Assembly: GCA_038209595.1 (NCBI GenBank)
Contig: JBBQXO010000009.1
Location: 76-64,075 of the forward strand
Length of the DNA stretch: 64,000 nucleotides
Reading direction: 5' to 3'
DNA from: Chitinophagales bacterium
Lineage (GTDB): Bacteria; Bacteroidota; Bacteroidia; Chitinophagales; Chitinophagaceae
Below, piece after piece: positions 18,445 through 28,383 of this stretch (positions are counted from its first letter, which is position 1; each line of letters begins with the position of its first letter). The notes under the pieces were generated by a model. It searched no databases. It was not told the origin of the DNA and saw only the letters and a list, made by a program, of their open reading frames with translations. The position numbers were made by a program, and so were the translations under genes.

Positions 18445-19581
18445 TTATTGGATTTTTCCATCATTAAGAAATCTGACAATATCATTCATATTGGCTTCGG
18501 CCCATTTTTCTTTCACAATAGCCCCATTCATGGCAATCAAGCCGGTTTTGGTTCGCAACATCGATTTCATAACGGTACCATCGCAGGTAATTACCTGAAT
18601 TTTAAATTGGCGGTTTTCGTTGAAAAACTGTGTAGCATGCTTAGGTTGGTTGGTTAGCAGAAAAACAGGTATTTTCCTTTCCTTTGCAATAGAATAAATT
18701 TTGGTAAACAATTCATACCAGTCGGGCTTTTCTCCGTTAAAATCTTTTGCAAAAAACAACAGGTAAGGGGTGTCTGAACCCAAAAGCATTTTTGTGGTAT
18801 CTGTGCCATTTTGGGTATAAAAGGCCATATCCTGAATAGGCGGTGTAGCATTGCCCTTTCGGACTACCACATTTTCCCGGTCAATATATTTATACCGCTC
18901 CTCATCAAAATCATCGGGAAAAGTTGAGGCTTCAAATTGCACCGTTTTCCCAGATACTTCATAGGTGTACATCACCGCAATGCTATCCGGTACCGATCCT
19001 TTGGGGGGCTCCATTTTTTCCAGCAAATTATTCCCTTTAGCATAGGGCAGACAATCTACAATGGGTAGATTTTTAACTACATACAATTGACCCCAGAATA
19101 CAAATCCGAGGGAAAGCATCATCAGGAATAGGTTTGCCCTTATCGGTAGAAAGGGTTTTATCAAGCCATTATATCTAAATAAAACCAGAATCATGGCAAA
19201 CAATATCAAGTCCTTTATAAAGGATTGATAGGCCAGCAGCGGAATGCAATCTCCAAAACAGCCACAGGTTTTTATTTTTCCACTGAAAACAGCGTAACCC
19301 GTAAGGTAGGTAAAGAAAATAATCAGCAGCAAAAGCAGGGTAGTATTTAATTTTGACTTCCAGCCTAAAAGCAATGCTACCCCGGCTACAATTTCGAAAA
19401 TATTCATAGCCATGCTCAGGAAAAGACTATAAGTTGATGCCCAGTCCCAACCCCATACAGCAAAATATTCATCCATTTTATAGGCTAGTCCGCTCGGATC
19501 ATTTGCTTTTACCAAACCCGAGAAAATAAATAATACCCCGACTAAAACTCTTAAAACCTGAACAGTTGTTTTCATAACCAA
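18445..19581 (-). CDS. DoxX/MauE-like membrane domain fused to a thioredoxin-fold-like C-terminal domain (BT_3928-like)
   Basis: N-terminal 4-5 TM helices with CGCFGDC; C-terminal soluble domain of about 190 aa. Confidence 0.65.
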   Translation of the reverse strand: MVMKTTVQVLRVLVGVLFIFSGLVKANDPSGLAYKMDEYFAVWGWDWASTYSLFLSMAMNIFEIVAGVALLLGWKSKLNTTLLLLLIIFFTYLTGYAVFSGKIKTCGCFGDCIPLLAYQSFIKDLILFAMILVLFRYNGLIKPFLPIRANLFLMMLSLGFVFWGQLYVVKNLPIVDCLPYAKGNNLLEKMEPPKGSVPDSIAVMYTYEVSGKTVQFEASTFPDDFDEERYKYIDRENVVVRKGNATPPIQDMAFYTQNGTDTTKMLLGSDTPYLLFFAKDFNGEKPDWYELFTKIYSIAKERKIPVFLLTNQPKHATQFFNENRQFKIQVITCDGTVMKSMLRTKTGLIAMNGAIVKEKWAEANMNDIVRFLNDGKIQ

Positions 19582-19590
19582 TATTTTTTC

Positions 19591-20145
19591 CTAAGCATTC
19601 AGCCGAACCGGGTTTTCCAGCAATATCATGGCAAAAACGGCATAATTGAGTATATCCATATAGTTGGCTTCCAGCCCCTCGCTGATCAGGGTATTGCCTT
19701 CATTGCGTATAATCTGCTTCATACGATAAAGTTTCATTAAAATCAAATCGGCAAAACTCTCCTGGCTCATTTCGCGCCATGCTTCGCCGTAATCATTGTT
19801 TTTTTGTTGCATCAGGGACCTTGTAGCCCCTACAAATTGCTCGTAAGATGCCTCGCACTGAGATACCTGTAACTCCTCAATTTCTTCATTATCCAGGTGC
19901 AGTTGTATTAATCCAATCACGGCATAATTGATGATGCCTTTAAATTCAGATGGGATGTCATCGGCAATAAGTTGTATGTTACCTTCCTGCAGGTTGCGTA
20001 TCCGGCGGGCTTTAATATATAGCTGATCTACCACACTAATCGGGCGTAATACCCGCCAGCTTGTGCCGTAATCTTTAGTTTTTTTTATAAAAATGTCCCG
20101 CGCCGAGTCAATTACCCGGTTATATTGCCCAATGGTTTTTTCCAT
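19591..20145 (-). CDS. DUF1599 domain protein
   Basis: I trimmed the start to the internal ATG (MEKTIGQYNRV...), because the longer ORF would run across the folP start and promoter. Two repeated DYG..W helical units are present. Confidence 0.7.
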   Translation of the reverse strand: MEKTIGQYNRVIDSARDIFIKKTKDYGTSWRVLRPISVVDQLYIKARRIRNLQEGNIQLIADDIPSEFKGIINYAVIGLIQLHLDNEEIEELQVSQCEASYEQFVGATRSLMQQKNNDYGEAWREMSQESFADLILMKLYRMKQIIRNEGNTLISEGLEANYMDILNYAVFAMILLENPVRLNA

Positions 20146-20232
20146 AATTTCATTTTCCTTTAAAGGATGATGGATTCCTCTGGCTTGCTTGCTGAAGAAA
20201 ACCTGCACCTTTGCAGCGTCAAAAATAAAGGA

Positions 20233-21081
20233 ATGTACACACTCAATACAAAAGGAAGGCTGCTGAGCCTGCATCCGCCGGCTATTATGGGAATTATTAA
20301 CATAACACCTGATAGTTTTTATGCAGAAAGCCGGGAGCAAAGCATAACTGGAGTGATGGCAAAAGCTGGTAAAATGATTGCTGAGGGAGCTGCAATCCTC
20401 GATATTGGAGGACAAAGCACAAGACCCGGAGCCGATCGGGTAGATGTGGAGGAAGAACTGAACCGGGTGATTCCAGTATTTAAAGCACTGGCAAAGGCTT
20501 ATCCGGAAACTGTATTGTCCGTGGATACTTTCTATTCAAAAGTAGCTGCCGCGTCTGTGGAAGCGGGTGCAGGTATGGTAAACGATGTAAGTGCGGGTTT
20601 GCTTGATCGGGCAATGATTGAAACGGTTGCTGCGCTCAAAGTGCCATATATCATCATGCACATGAAAGGTGATCCGCAAACCATGCAAAAGAATCCTGTC
20701 TACGAAGAGGTTACCCGGGAGGTGCTGGATTTTTTTATTGAGCGGATTGGCTTTTGCCGGCAGGCAGGCATTACTGATTTGATTGCAGATCCTGGCATTG
20801 GCTTTTCTAAAACTGCGGAGCATAATTTTGAGTTGATCCGCCAATTGGATGCTTTCGCTATGCTGCAGGTTCCTGTATTACTAGGGGTAAGTCGCAAATC
20901 GGTTGTGTACAAAACCCTCGGGGTAGAGGCTAAAGATGCACTGAACGGAACCACGGTACTGCATACGGCGGGTTTGCTAAAGGGAGCCAACCTGCTTCGG
21001 GTACACGATGTGCTCGAGGCTAAGCAAGTGGTAGATTTGTTGATGGCCATGGGGAGTTTACCTCACGACAATTCTTTTTAA
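20233..21081 (+). CDS. folP: Dihydropteroate synthase
   Basis: IMGIINITPDSFY, DIGGQSTRPG, PGIGFSKT, GVSRKS motifs. I placed the start at MYTLNTKG. Confidence 0.9.
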   Translation: MYTLNTKGRLLSLHPPAIMGIINITPDSFYAESREQSITGVMAKAGKMIAEGAAILDIGGQSTRPGADRVDVEEELNRVIPVFKALAKAYPETVLSVDTFYSKVAAASVEAGAGMVNDVSAGLLDRAMIETVAALKVPYIIMHMKGDPQTMQKNPVYEEVTREVLDFFIERIGFCRQAGITDLIADPGIGFSKTAEHNFELIRQLDAFAMLQVPVLLGVSRKSVVYKTLGVEAKDALNGTTVLHTAGLLKGANLLRVHDVLEAKQVVDLLMAMGSLPHDNSF

Positions 21082-21102
21082 GAAACATTTTATATTGCTC
21101 AT

Positions 21103-21927
21103 ATGAAGAAGGTTTATTTAAAATATCAGATCCTTGTAAGTGATCCTGAACTGCGTGAGGTACTGATTGCGCTTTTATCCGAAACAGGGTTTGAAGGATT
21201 TGAAGAGCAGGAGGATCAGTTAATTGCCATTGGGCAGCAGGCGGAAATTGATGTGGAGGAAGCAGCAGCTATTCTAAGTGTGCGTTCCATGACCTTTACC
21301 GAAGAAATAATGGAAGAGCAAAACTGGAATGCAGTTTGGGAAAGTAATTTCAGCCCTGTTGAGGTGGGCGATTTTGCCGGTATACGGGCTCATTTCCATC
21401 CTCCTTTTACTAAGGTGCAGCACGAAATAGTGATTACTCCTAAAATGAGTTTTGGCACAGGACATCATGCTACCACTTGGCAAATGATGGATCAGATGCA
21501 ATATTTGGATTTTAAAAGTAAAAAGGTGCTGGACTTTGGGACAGGAACAGGTGTATTGGCGATTTTGGCTGAAAAATTAGGTGCTTCTTTTGTTTTGGCG
21601 ATTGATAATGATGACTGGAGTATTGAGAATGCAACCGAAAATGCCTCAGTTAATCATTGTGAGCACATCGTGTTGAAAAAGGCAGATGATTTATCTGATT
21701 GTTCAGGCTTTGACATAATATTGGCTAATATTAATAAACATGTCTTGCTTGAAAATGCAGTATCACTAAGAAAACTGGTGTATTCTGGAGGACTTTTAAT
21801 GTTGAGCGGGTTACTTACTCAAGACCGGGCTGATATGGAGGAAGTATTTGGACAAGCTCCCTATGAATTAAGGAAATATAGCGAAAAGAATGGATGGATA
21901 CTATTACTATTTTTGCATAATGTTTGA
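21103..21927 (+). CDS. prmA: Ribosomal protein L11 methyltransferase
   Basis: ITPKMSFGTGHHATT and VLDFGTGTGVLAI SAM-binding motif. Confidence 0.85.
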   Translation: MKKVYLKYQILVSDPELREVLIALLSETGFEGFEEQEDQLIAIGQQAEIDVEEAAAILSVRSMTFTEEIMEEQNWNAVWESNFSPVEVGDFAGIRAHFHPPFTKVQHEIVITPKMSFGTGHHATTWQMMDQMQYLDFKSKKVLDFGTGTGVLAILAEKLGASFVLAIDNDDWSIENATENASVNHCEHIVLKKADDLSDCSGFDIILANINKHVLLENAVSLRKLVYSGGLLMLSGLLTQDRADMEEVFGQAPYELRKYSEKNGWILLLFLHNV

Positions 21928-22045
21928 TATTACTTGTTAAATTCCCATGAATAATTCGAAAATTTTGCTTAACTTCGTTTCTTTCTGTTTACTCACACCT
22001 GCATCTTCGGCATTTCTTTACGTTTTTTAAACTTTCATTTTCTTC

Positions 22046-22699
22046 ATGCAGGAAGTTCTTCTAATTTTCATTGCTTATTTAATCGGATCCATTCCAACGG
22101 CCGTATGGGTAAGCAAATTCTTCTTTGGGATAGATATTAGGAAATATGGTAGTGGAAATTCTGGTGCTACCAATACTTTTCGGATTTTAGGGAAAAATTG
22201 GGGTGCTTTTGTAATGTCAGTAGACATTTTAAAAGGGGTATTGGCAGCATTTTTATACTTGCTTTTACCTTATTATCTTACAAATGACTGGGATCGGACC
22301 AATTTTATGATTGGACTAGGTCTCGCCGCTGTTGTAGGACATATTTTTCCCATTTGGGCGGGTTTTAAGGGTGGCAAAGGTGTTGCAACCTTATTGGGAA
22401 TGGTAGTTGCTATTCAGCCTTTGGTAGCATTATGCGTACTTGGTGTGTTTGTGTTGGTGTTATATCTTACACGGTTTGTATCACTGAGTTCGATCTTAGC
22501 CAGTCTTGCTTTTCCTTTGTTCATTTTTGTAGTGTTCGAAGAACCAGAGCCACTGTACAGGGTTTTTGCCATAGCAGTCGCCCTAATGGTTATTTTGACA
22601 CATCAAAAAAATATCACGAGACTCATTCATGGTAATGAAACAAAAGCGGGTATTTTCAAAAAAAGGGATCGGGATAAAAACGATTCGAAAGAAGAATAG
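22046..22699 (+). CDS. plsY: Glycerol-3-phosphate acyltransferase PlsY
   Basis: GSGNSGATN and FKGGKGVAT motifs, about 5 TM helices. Confidence 0.9.
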   Translation: MQEVLLIFIAYLIGSIPTAVWVSKFFFGIDIRKYGSGNSGATNTFRILGKNWGAFVMSVDILKGVLAAFLYLLLPYYLTNDWDRTNFMIGLGLAAVVGHIFPIWAGFKGGKGVATLLGMVVAIQPLVALCVLGVFVLVLYLTRFVSLSSILASLAFPLFIFVVFEEPEPLYRVFAIAVALMVILTHQKNITRLIHGNETKAGIFKKRDRDKNDSKEE

Positions 22700-22870
22700 T
22701 AGACTGGGGTTACTTTTCTTCCTCTTTTCAAAGTTTTTCCGAGTACATTAAATTGATGTATGTTTTTAAGTTATTCATAAATTTTTTTTAAGTTTTTTGC
22801 TTTTAAAAATTACGATATTTTTTTAATTTTGTATTCTTCAGATTATCTTTCACGAAACAGTAAATGACGC

Positions 22871-23320
22871 ATGTCGCAACCAAGCATTGTTGAAAAATTA
22901 CATCTGAATGAGGAAAAAAACCTGTTGATTCAGGGACTTCCTTCTTCAATTGAAAAGCAGTTTGCTAAGTTATCGTTCTCCAAAAATGTTACCCCGCTTT
23001 TAAAGTCAAAAAAAATTGACTGGGCGTTGGTTTTCGCAGTTAACGAAAATCAATTGAATAGCATTTTGAAAGACGTATTACCTGCATTGCACGAAGACAG
23101 TAAACTTTGGGTGGCTTATCCAAAAGCAACTTCAAAGATTACCAGTGATTTAAACCGCGATTGTAGTTGGAGCGCTTTAACAGGCTCAGGCTACACCGGA
23201 GTGGTACAAGTACCGCTTGATCATGTGTGGAGTGCTTTGTGGTGGCAAAAAGGTGAGGGGGAGAACAAGGAACCATTTAATGTTGCTTCGGTAGAAGAAC
23301 GTGAAATGGCTGCAGCCTGA
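22871..23320 (+). CDS. DUF3052-like protein
   Basis: 149 aa. The pattern ...ALVFAVNENQL...LWVAYPKATSKITSDLNRD...WSAL resembles DUF3052. Confidence 0.5.
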   Translation: MSQPSIVEKLHLNEEKNLLIQGLPSSIEKQFAKLSFSKNVTPLLKSKKIDWALVFAVNENQLNSILKDVLPALHEDSKLWVAYPKATSKITSDLNRDCSWSALTGSGYTGVVQVPLDHVWSALWWQKGEGENKEPFNVASVEEREMAAA

Positions 23321-23386
23321 TTAATTCATTCTTGCCAATGTACCAATCAGGTTCATCCTCTTTGTAGCATCACTGCAAATTAGTTA

Positions 23387-23426
23387 TTAAAACAAAAAAA
23401 GGGCGAAAGCCCTTTTTTTGTTTTAA
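23387..23426. terminator. Bidirectional intrinsic terminator
   Basis: Perfect TTAAAACAAAAAAAGGGC-GAAA-GCCCTTTTTTTGTTTTAA palindrome between convergent genes. Confidence 0.8.
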
Positions 23427-23446
23427 TATTTTTTTGTTTCTAATTA

Positions 23447-24058
23447 CTATTCTACTGCATTCCACCATCCATCTTCCAATTTATAAAGTGTGAGCCCTTT
23501 GGCTTCAAAGCTTTTTTCAATAGGATGGTTCGCTTCAAAATAAGAACGTGCTTCTGATAATGTTCCTTCAGGAATATCACGGGTTGCAAGCGTTACATGG
23601 GGATTGAAATCCGGTTTCATTCCAAATATAATTCCTGGGAATTTTTCACTGAATTCTCCCATACATTCTTGTTCGAGATCGACTAATGATTGGTGTGGTT
23701 TTTCTACATCTATAAATAAAACGCGTTCACCAAACTGACCATAGTCTTTCAGGATAATGTTAAAGGGTAACATTCCTATATTAAAAGCACTTACAAAATC
23801 GCTAAGGCTTTTAACCATTTCGTCTTCCGCCCTAAAAGGCGGAATTATAGTAAGATGTGCCGGAGATTTTTTGGCAGCCTGACATCCGTACTTATCTTCC
23901 AGGTATTTCTTCATATCTTTTACCTGCTCGTTTATTTCATCCGGGCAGCTAACAGCTATATAAAACAAAGAAAATCCTTCGGGTAACGGAGAACGCCTTG
24001 GCTTGTCAAATTTTCTTGCAGGTCTTTTGAAATTTCCTTTTTGTTTTGACGGGTACAT
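23447..24058 (-). CDS. 2H phosphoesterase (LigT / 2'-5' RNA ligase-like) family protein
   Basis: Two HxT/S motifs (PAHLTI, NPHVTLA) with the expected spacing; basic N-terminal tail. Confidence 0.75.
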   Translation of the reverse strand: MYPSKQKGNFKRPARKFDKPRRSPLPEGFSLFYIAVSCPDEINEQVKDMKKYLEDKYGCQAAKKSPAHLTIIPPFRAEDEMVKSLSDFVSAFNIGMLPFNIILKDYGQFGERVLFIDVEKPHQSLVDLEQECMGEFSEKFPGIIFGMKPDFNPHVTLATRDIPEGTLSEARSYFEANHPIEKSFEAKGLTLYKLEDGWWNAVE

Positions 24059-24067
24059 ATTTTTTTT

Positions 24068-25558
24068 TTAATCTATTCTTGTAATTTTAATAATGTTGGT
24101 CGGTAAATGCAATTCAATGGGTGTACTGCCTGTATTAATTACCACATCGCCTTGTCTTAAAAATCCTCTTTCCTTCAATATCTCGATCTGATCAGTAATA
24201 ATACCATCAAGACTTTCTTCTTCAGCATAATAAAAAGCCCGCACACCCCAACTTAAAGAGAGTTGCCTTACCAAGGATCTTTCTTTTGTAAATATATACA
24301 GCGGGGCTTTTGGGCGATAGCTGCTCAACATAAATGCGGTATACCCGCTTTGGGTCATTCCAATCAATGCATCTGCATTTACATCAAGTGCAATTTTACA
24401 GGCATTGTAGCAAATAGCATCGCTCAAAAAAGAAGGAGAATGTGGCTGTGGCTTTAGCATTTCTTCCCGGTCATAATTGTAAGCCGTATTTTCAATTTCC
24501 TTGATAATCTTCGACATCGTTTCTACCACGAGTACCGGGAATTGCCCTGCGGCTGTTTCACCACTAAGCATTACTGCATCAGCGCCTTCAAGTACCGCAT
24601 TGGCTACGTCGGTAATCTCACTTCTGTTTGGCTTTACCCGGTCCATCATGCTTTCCATCATCTGTGTTGCAACAATTACCGGTTTTGCCCTGTGCATGCA
24701 CTTACGGATCAGCTCCTTTTGAATCATGGGTACTTTCTCCACAGGTGTTTCCACTCCAAGGTCACCCCTGGCTATCATAATGCCATCGCTTTCGAGGATA
24801 ATATCCCGGATATTAATAAGTGCTTCGGGTTTTTCAATCTTGGCTATGATTTTGGTACGGCTGTTTTTTTCATCGAGCTTGCTGCGCAGTATCACAATAT
24901 CTTTTACACTTCTCACAAAAGAAAGTGCCACCCATTCGCATTCCTGCTCAATAATAAATTCTAAATCTGCAAGATCTTTTTCAGTAAGTGCTGGAAGGGA
25001 TATTTTTGTATCAGGCAGATTAATACCTTTTTTAGACGATAAAATACCGCCGATAGTTACTTCTACCTTTACATCTTTGGAACGGGTAATTTCTTTTACC
25101 ACCACTTCTATCTTGCCATCGTCAATCATAATAACGTTGCCAAGTTTTACATCTCCGGCAAGGTTAGGATAACTCACATAAATTTTCTCTATGTTACCCA
25201 CGCATTTCTCGTTGGTAAAAGTGAGTATGTCTCCCGGAGAAACGAGCAGCGAATTATTTTCAATTTCGCCTACCCGTAGTTTGGGTCCTTGTAAATCGGC
25301 AAGTATGGCAACCGTAAAGGGCTCCTCATTGTTAATTTGCCTGATCTTTTTAATGGCCTCCAGTTTGTCCTCATGGGTACCATGCGAAAAATTCAAACGG
25401 AATACATTAACCCCTGCTCTTACGAGATTGAGCATTATTTCGTAACTGTTGGAGGCAGGTCCAAGTGTCGCAACAATTTTTGTTCTTTTATTGCTGTGCG
25501 AATACCCGGCATTTTTATCCATAGTTGAATGCAGGTATTTATCAAGATTTTTTGACAT
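24068..25558 (-). CDS. pyk: Pyruvate kinase
   Basis: KRTKIVATLGPAS, MIARGDLGVE and MLSGETA motifs. I trimmed the start to MSKNLDKY to remove the overlap with pfkA. Confidence 0.92.
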   Translation of the reverse strand: MSKNLDKYLHSTMDKNAGYSHSNKRTKIVATLGPASNSYEIMLNLVRAGVNVFRLNFSHGTHEDKLEAIKKIRQINNEEPFTVAILADLQGPKLRVGEIENNSLLVSPGDILTFTNEKCVGNIEKIYVSYPNLAGDVKLGNVIMIDDGKIEVVVKEITRSKDVKVEVTIGGILSSKKGINLPDTKISLPALTEKDLADLEFIIEQECEWVALSFVRSVKDIVILRSKLDEKNSRTKIIAKIEKPEALINIRDIILESDGIMIARGDLGVETPVEKVPMIQKELIRKCMHRAKPVIVATQMMESMMDRVKPNRSEITDVANAVLEGADAVMLSGETAAGQFPVLVVETMSKIIKEIENTAYNYDREEMLKPQPHSPSFLSDAICYNACKIALDVNADALIGMTQSGYTAFMLSSYRPKAPLYIFTKERSLVRQLSLSWGVRAFYYAEEESLDGIITDQIEILKERGFLRQGDVVINTGSTPIELHLPTNIIKITRID

Positions 25559-25625
25559 ATTAGGTACTCCGTTTCTTTTGGTTTTTTTGATGGAATAATA
25601 ATGCTCGAATATCCTACTAATTGGC

Positions 25626-26612
25626 TTAGCTCGCAAGTATTTTAACAATCTTAAGCCATTGAGGATCAAATTTATTTTTTGTTTTTAGTGCCTGTTTCAG
25701 GGGGATATAGCTCATTTTGTTATTAACGATACCCACCATCACGTTTTTTTTGCCTTGCATCAACGATTCTACGGCATGATACCCCATGCGGCTTGCAATT
25801 AATCTGTCAAGACAAGTAGGAGATCCGCCACGCTGTATATGACCGAGTATGCAAACCCGTACGTCAGCATTGGGCAGACTTTCCTGTATTACTTTACCTA
25901 CCTGATTGGCGCCTCCAAAATCGTCACCCTCTGCCACAACAATTAGGTTCACAAGTTTTTGGCGCTTTTCCTTTTCGGTCATATTTTCAATGATCTCGTT
26001 GATGTCGGTCTTTGTTTCTGGAATTAGTATGTTTTCAGCGCCGGTAGCAATACCACTATGGAGCGCAATATATCCGGCATCTCTTCCCATTACTTCCACA
26101 ACAAACAGTCGATCATGTGCATCTGCAGTGTCACGAATTTTATCAATAGCACTTACAGCAGTATTCACAGCCGTATCAAACCCAATGGTAAAATCGGTAC
26201 CTGCAATATCTTTATCGATGGTACCCGGCAAACCGATGCAGATAACATCAGGGTATTCTGTACTAAATATATCTGCGCCGGTAAAACTGCCATCTCCACC
26301 TATTATTACAAGGGCCTCAATACTTCTTTTTTTGAGGTTGTTATAAGCTATTTTTCTCCCCTCGGGGGTACGAAATTCTTTGCTGCGTGCTGTTTTTAAA
26401 ATAGTGCCTCCCCGCTGAATAATATTGGCCACCGACCGGTTGTCCATCGGAAACATATCATCTTCAATCAGGCCACTGTAACCACGGCTAACCCCAAATA
26501 CCTTAAATCCGTAATAGTTGCCCGTTCGAACTACCGCACGGATTGCAGCATTCATTCCAGGGCTATCGCCACCAGAGGTTAATACTGCTATACTTTTAAT
26601 AGATTGCTCCAT
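25626..26612 (-). CDS. pfkA: ATP-dependent 6-phosphofructokinase
   Basis: IAVLTSGGDSPGMNAAIR, IGGDGS, PGTIDKD, MGR motifs. Confidence 0.93.
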   Translation of the reverse strand: MEQSIKSIAVLTSGGDSPGMNAAIRAVVRTGNYYGFKVFGVSRGYSGLIEDDMFPMDNRSVANIIQRGGTILKTARSKEFRTPEGRKIAYNNLKKRSIEALVIIGGDGSFTGADIFSTEYPDVICIGLPGTIDKDIAGTDFTIGFDTAVNTAVSAIDKIRDTADAHDRLFVVEVMGRDAGYIALHSGIATGAENILIPETKTDINEIIENMTEKEKRQKLVNLIVVAEGDDFGGANQVGKVIQESLPNADVRVCILGHIQRGGSPTCLDRLIASRMGYHAVESLMQGKKNVMVGIVNNKMSYIPLKQALKTKNKFDPQWLKIVKILAS

Positions 26613-27194
26613 TGTTGAATGTTAGATTAAGCATGCAAATTTGTACCTAAACAGGCATTTAACCTAAAATTGCTGCAAATAACTGTGTACTCCCTACACA
26701 ATAAGACCCAAAAATACAACTTTCGGAATTCAAAATACGAACTGTTCGGCTTCGTAACAATTTCGCAATCTATTTAATATCATTTTTCAAACGTTAAACC
26801 CAGATTTACTTTAAACCCTACCGTTTAAATGCAGGATATGATTGGAAGGGTTAGAAGGGAAAGGCTAAATCTGATAAGATCTCGGAAATTATAAATACTG
26901 TAGTTAATTTAAGAAGGAATTAGTCCCAGGAATCAAAATAGCTTTCACTAATTATAGGGTAAGGAGACTTTAGAGAAGGTATTTAATTGGTATTTAATGG
27001 TTAAACTAAACGCTTTTTGGAAAAAAAGACTGAAAAATCATGAATTGTCTGCTTATGCCGGTTACCAGTAAAATCGTTATCAGCGAGTATTAAAAACGGA
27101 AAAAAACGCTGGAATCTTCTTTTTCAGACGATTTGGTATGGTTTAAGTTTTAACAAGGTCTAATTATTTTCCATTTTCCGACCCTCCGTATAAC

Positions 27195-27810
27195 TCAATT
27201 TATCACCGTGCTTCCTATCAGTTCCCCTATTAGGTTTAAAATTCTATTCAGCGGGTTTTTAACCATTTTAGAAAAGGCAAACCACTTTTTGTCCAAATCT
27301 TTTAAAGATGCTCCCAAATGAAATACTTTGGTTTGGTCAATAATTAGAAATCTATCATGGCTTTCGGTAAACTATTTTAATTCAAAATTTCCTTATTGTT
27401 CGTTGGCTTTTTGTACGGACAGTGTTAGCGGCTTGCTGATATTTTTGGTGAGAAGCAGTGCATTCACCCTTTTATTTTTTTTAGTCAAAAAGATTAATGG
27501 AGTTTCATTCACGTAAATATAAATCAGTACAAAACCCTTCTTTGCTCTTCTGATAATTTTGGAAACTAATCCATAGGCATCGATTACCTGTCCTTCAAAG
27601 AATACTCCTCAGGTAGTAATCAAGTGACTTTTTTTTCTTCAACCTCCTCTTCTGAAAAGACATCATTGATATGCTTTCCTATTGTTTTTACACTCTGCTA
27701 AACAAAGCCGAAATTTGCTGGCGGTTTAGCCAAAGGGTTTCTTTGTCAATTCTCATTTCTATATGTTTGGCAACCTCATCAGGGACATATAAGATGATTT
27801 CATTTTTCAT
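27195..27810 (-). pseudogene. Decayed RhuM-family (virulence protein RhuM-like) gene relic
   Basis: The minus strand reads MKNEIILYVPDEVAKHIEMRIDKETLWLNRQQISALFSRV*. After a frameshift it reads VKTIGKHINDVFSEEEVEEKKVT*. Further on come FEGQVIDAYGLVSKIIRRAKKGFVLIYIYVNETPLIFL...KANEQ* and HDRFLIIDQTKVFHLGASLKDLDKKWFAFSKM... The central RhuM core (about 140 codons) is missing. Confidence 0.75.
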
Positions 27811-28383
27811 ATTTATACCATATCAAGTTTAAATATTGATATTTTCTTAATCCAATGCTTTCATTTCTTACATAATGGCTCGCTGTTTACACGAGGCAGT
27901 CTCCTTTTTATTTTTTTTCTCTTAACCCACATTGCAGCAATACTTCTATAAAGTCAAACCTGACTTAAATTTCATTTGTTTTGAGTTTCGGTAGGGGGGA
28001 CTACAGGTTTTACGGGTAAATGTTTGGAGGTTTTGTTTTAGTACTATATAAATTTTTGCATCGGCTTCAATTTTTTTGTTGCATTGGGGAATATTAATGG
28101 GCTGTTCAAATTCATTATATGGATACGTAGTTAAAATTGTTTGATCGTTCATTATACGTTCAACATCCTTTTATTAATTCATTTTTACTTCAATTAAGAT
28201 CGGATAGTATCTATCACCCAAATATAAAACAGCATATATTTAAAGATATTTTTTATGTAAAAGAGTTTCTGGAAATTTACTTTTCCCTTTAGCTTTTCTA
28301 ATTTCCTAATATTAAATACCAGTATAACCTTTTTATAAAAGATCATACTGGTTGCATGATTAATTTCCATCTGCATTTATTTA

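Noticed and set aside
19591-20415. 5'-extended versions of several ORFs in the track: DUF1599 to 20415, pyk to 25669, rpsF to 46118, the TonB receptor to 32742, folP from 20167, ABC-F from 33405 and the aminotransferase from 39946.
   Set aside because: The extensions overlap neighbouring genes or promoter elements and encode non-conserved-looking sequence. Internal ATGs coincide with the family-typical N-termini or signal peptides, so I used the shorter coordinates.
27946-28376. Small ORFs in the AT-rich desert: 27946-28152 (68 aa), 28194-28376 (60 aa) and 27328-27516 (62 aa).
   Set aside because: Their amino-acid composition reflects AT-rich DNA (Ile/Lys/Phe/Asn-rich), and I recognise no motifs. 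The 27328-27516 ORF is antisense to the RhuM relic. They are probably not genes.
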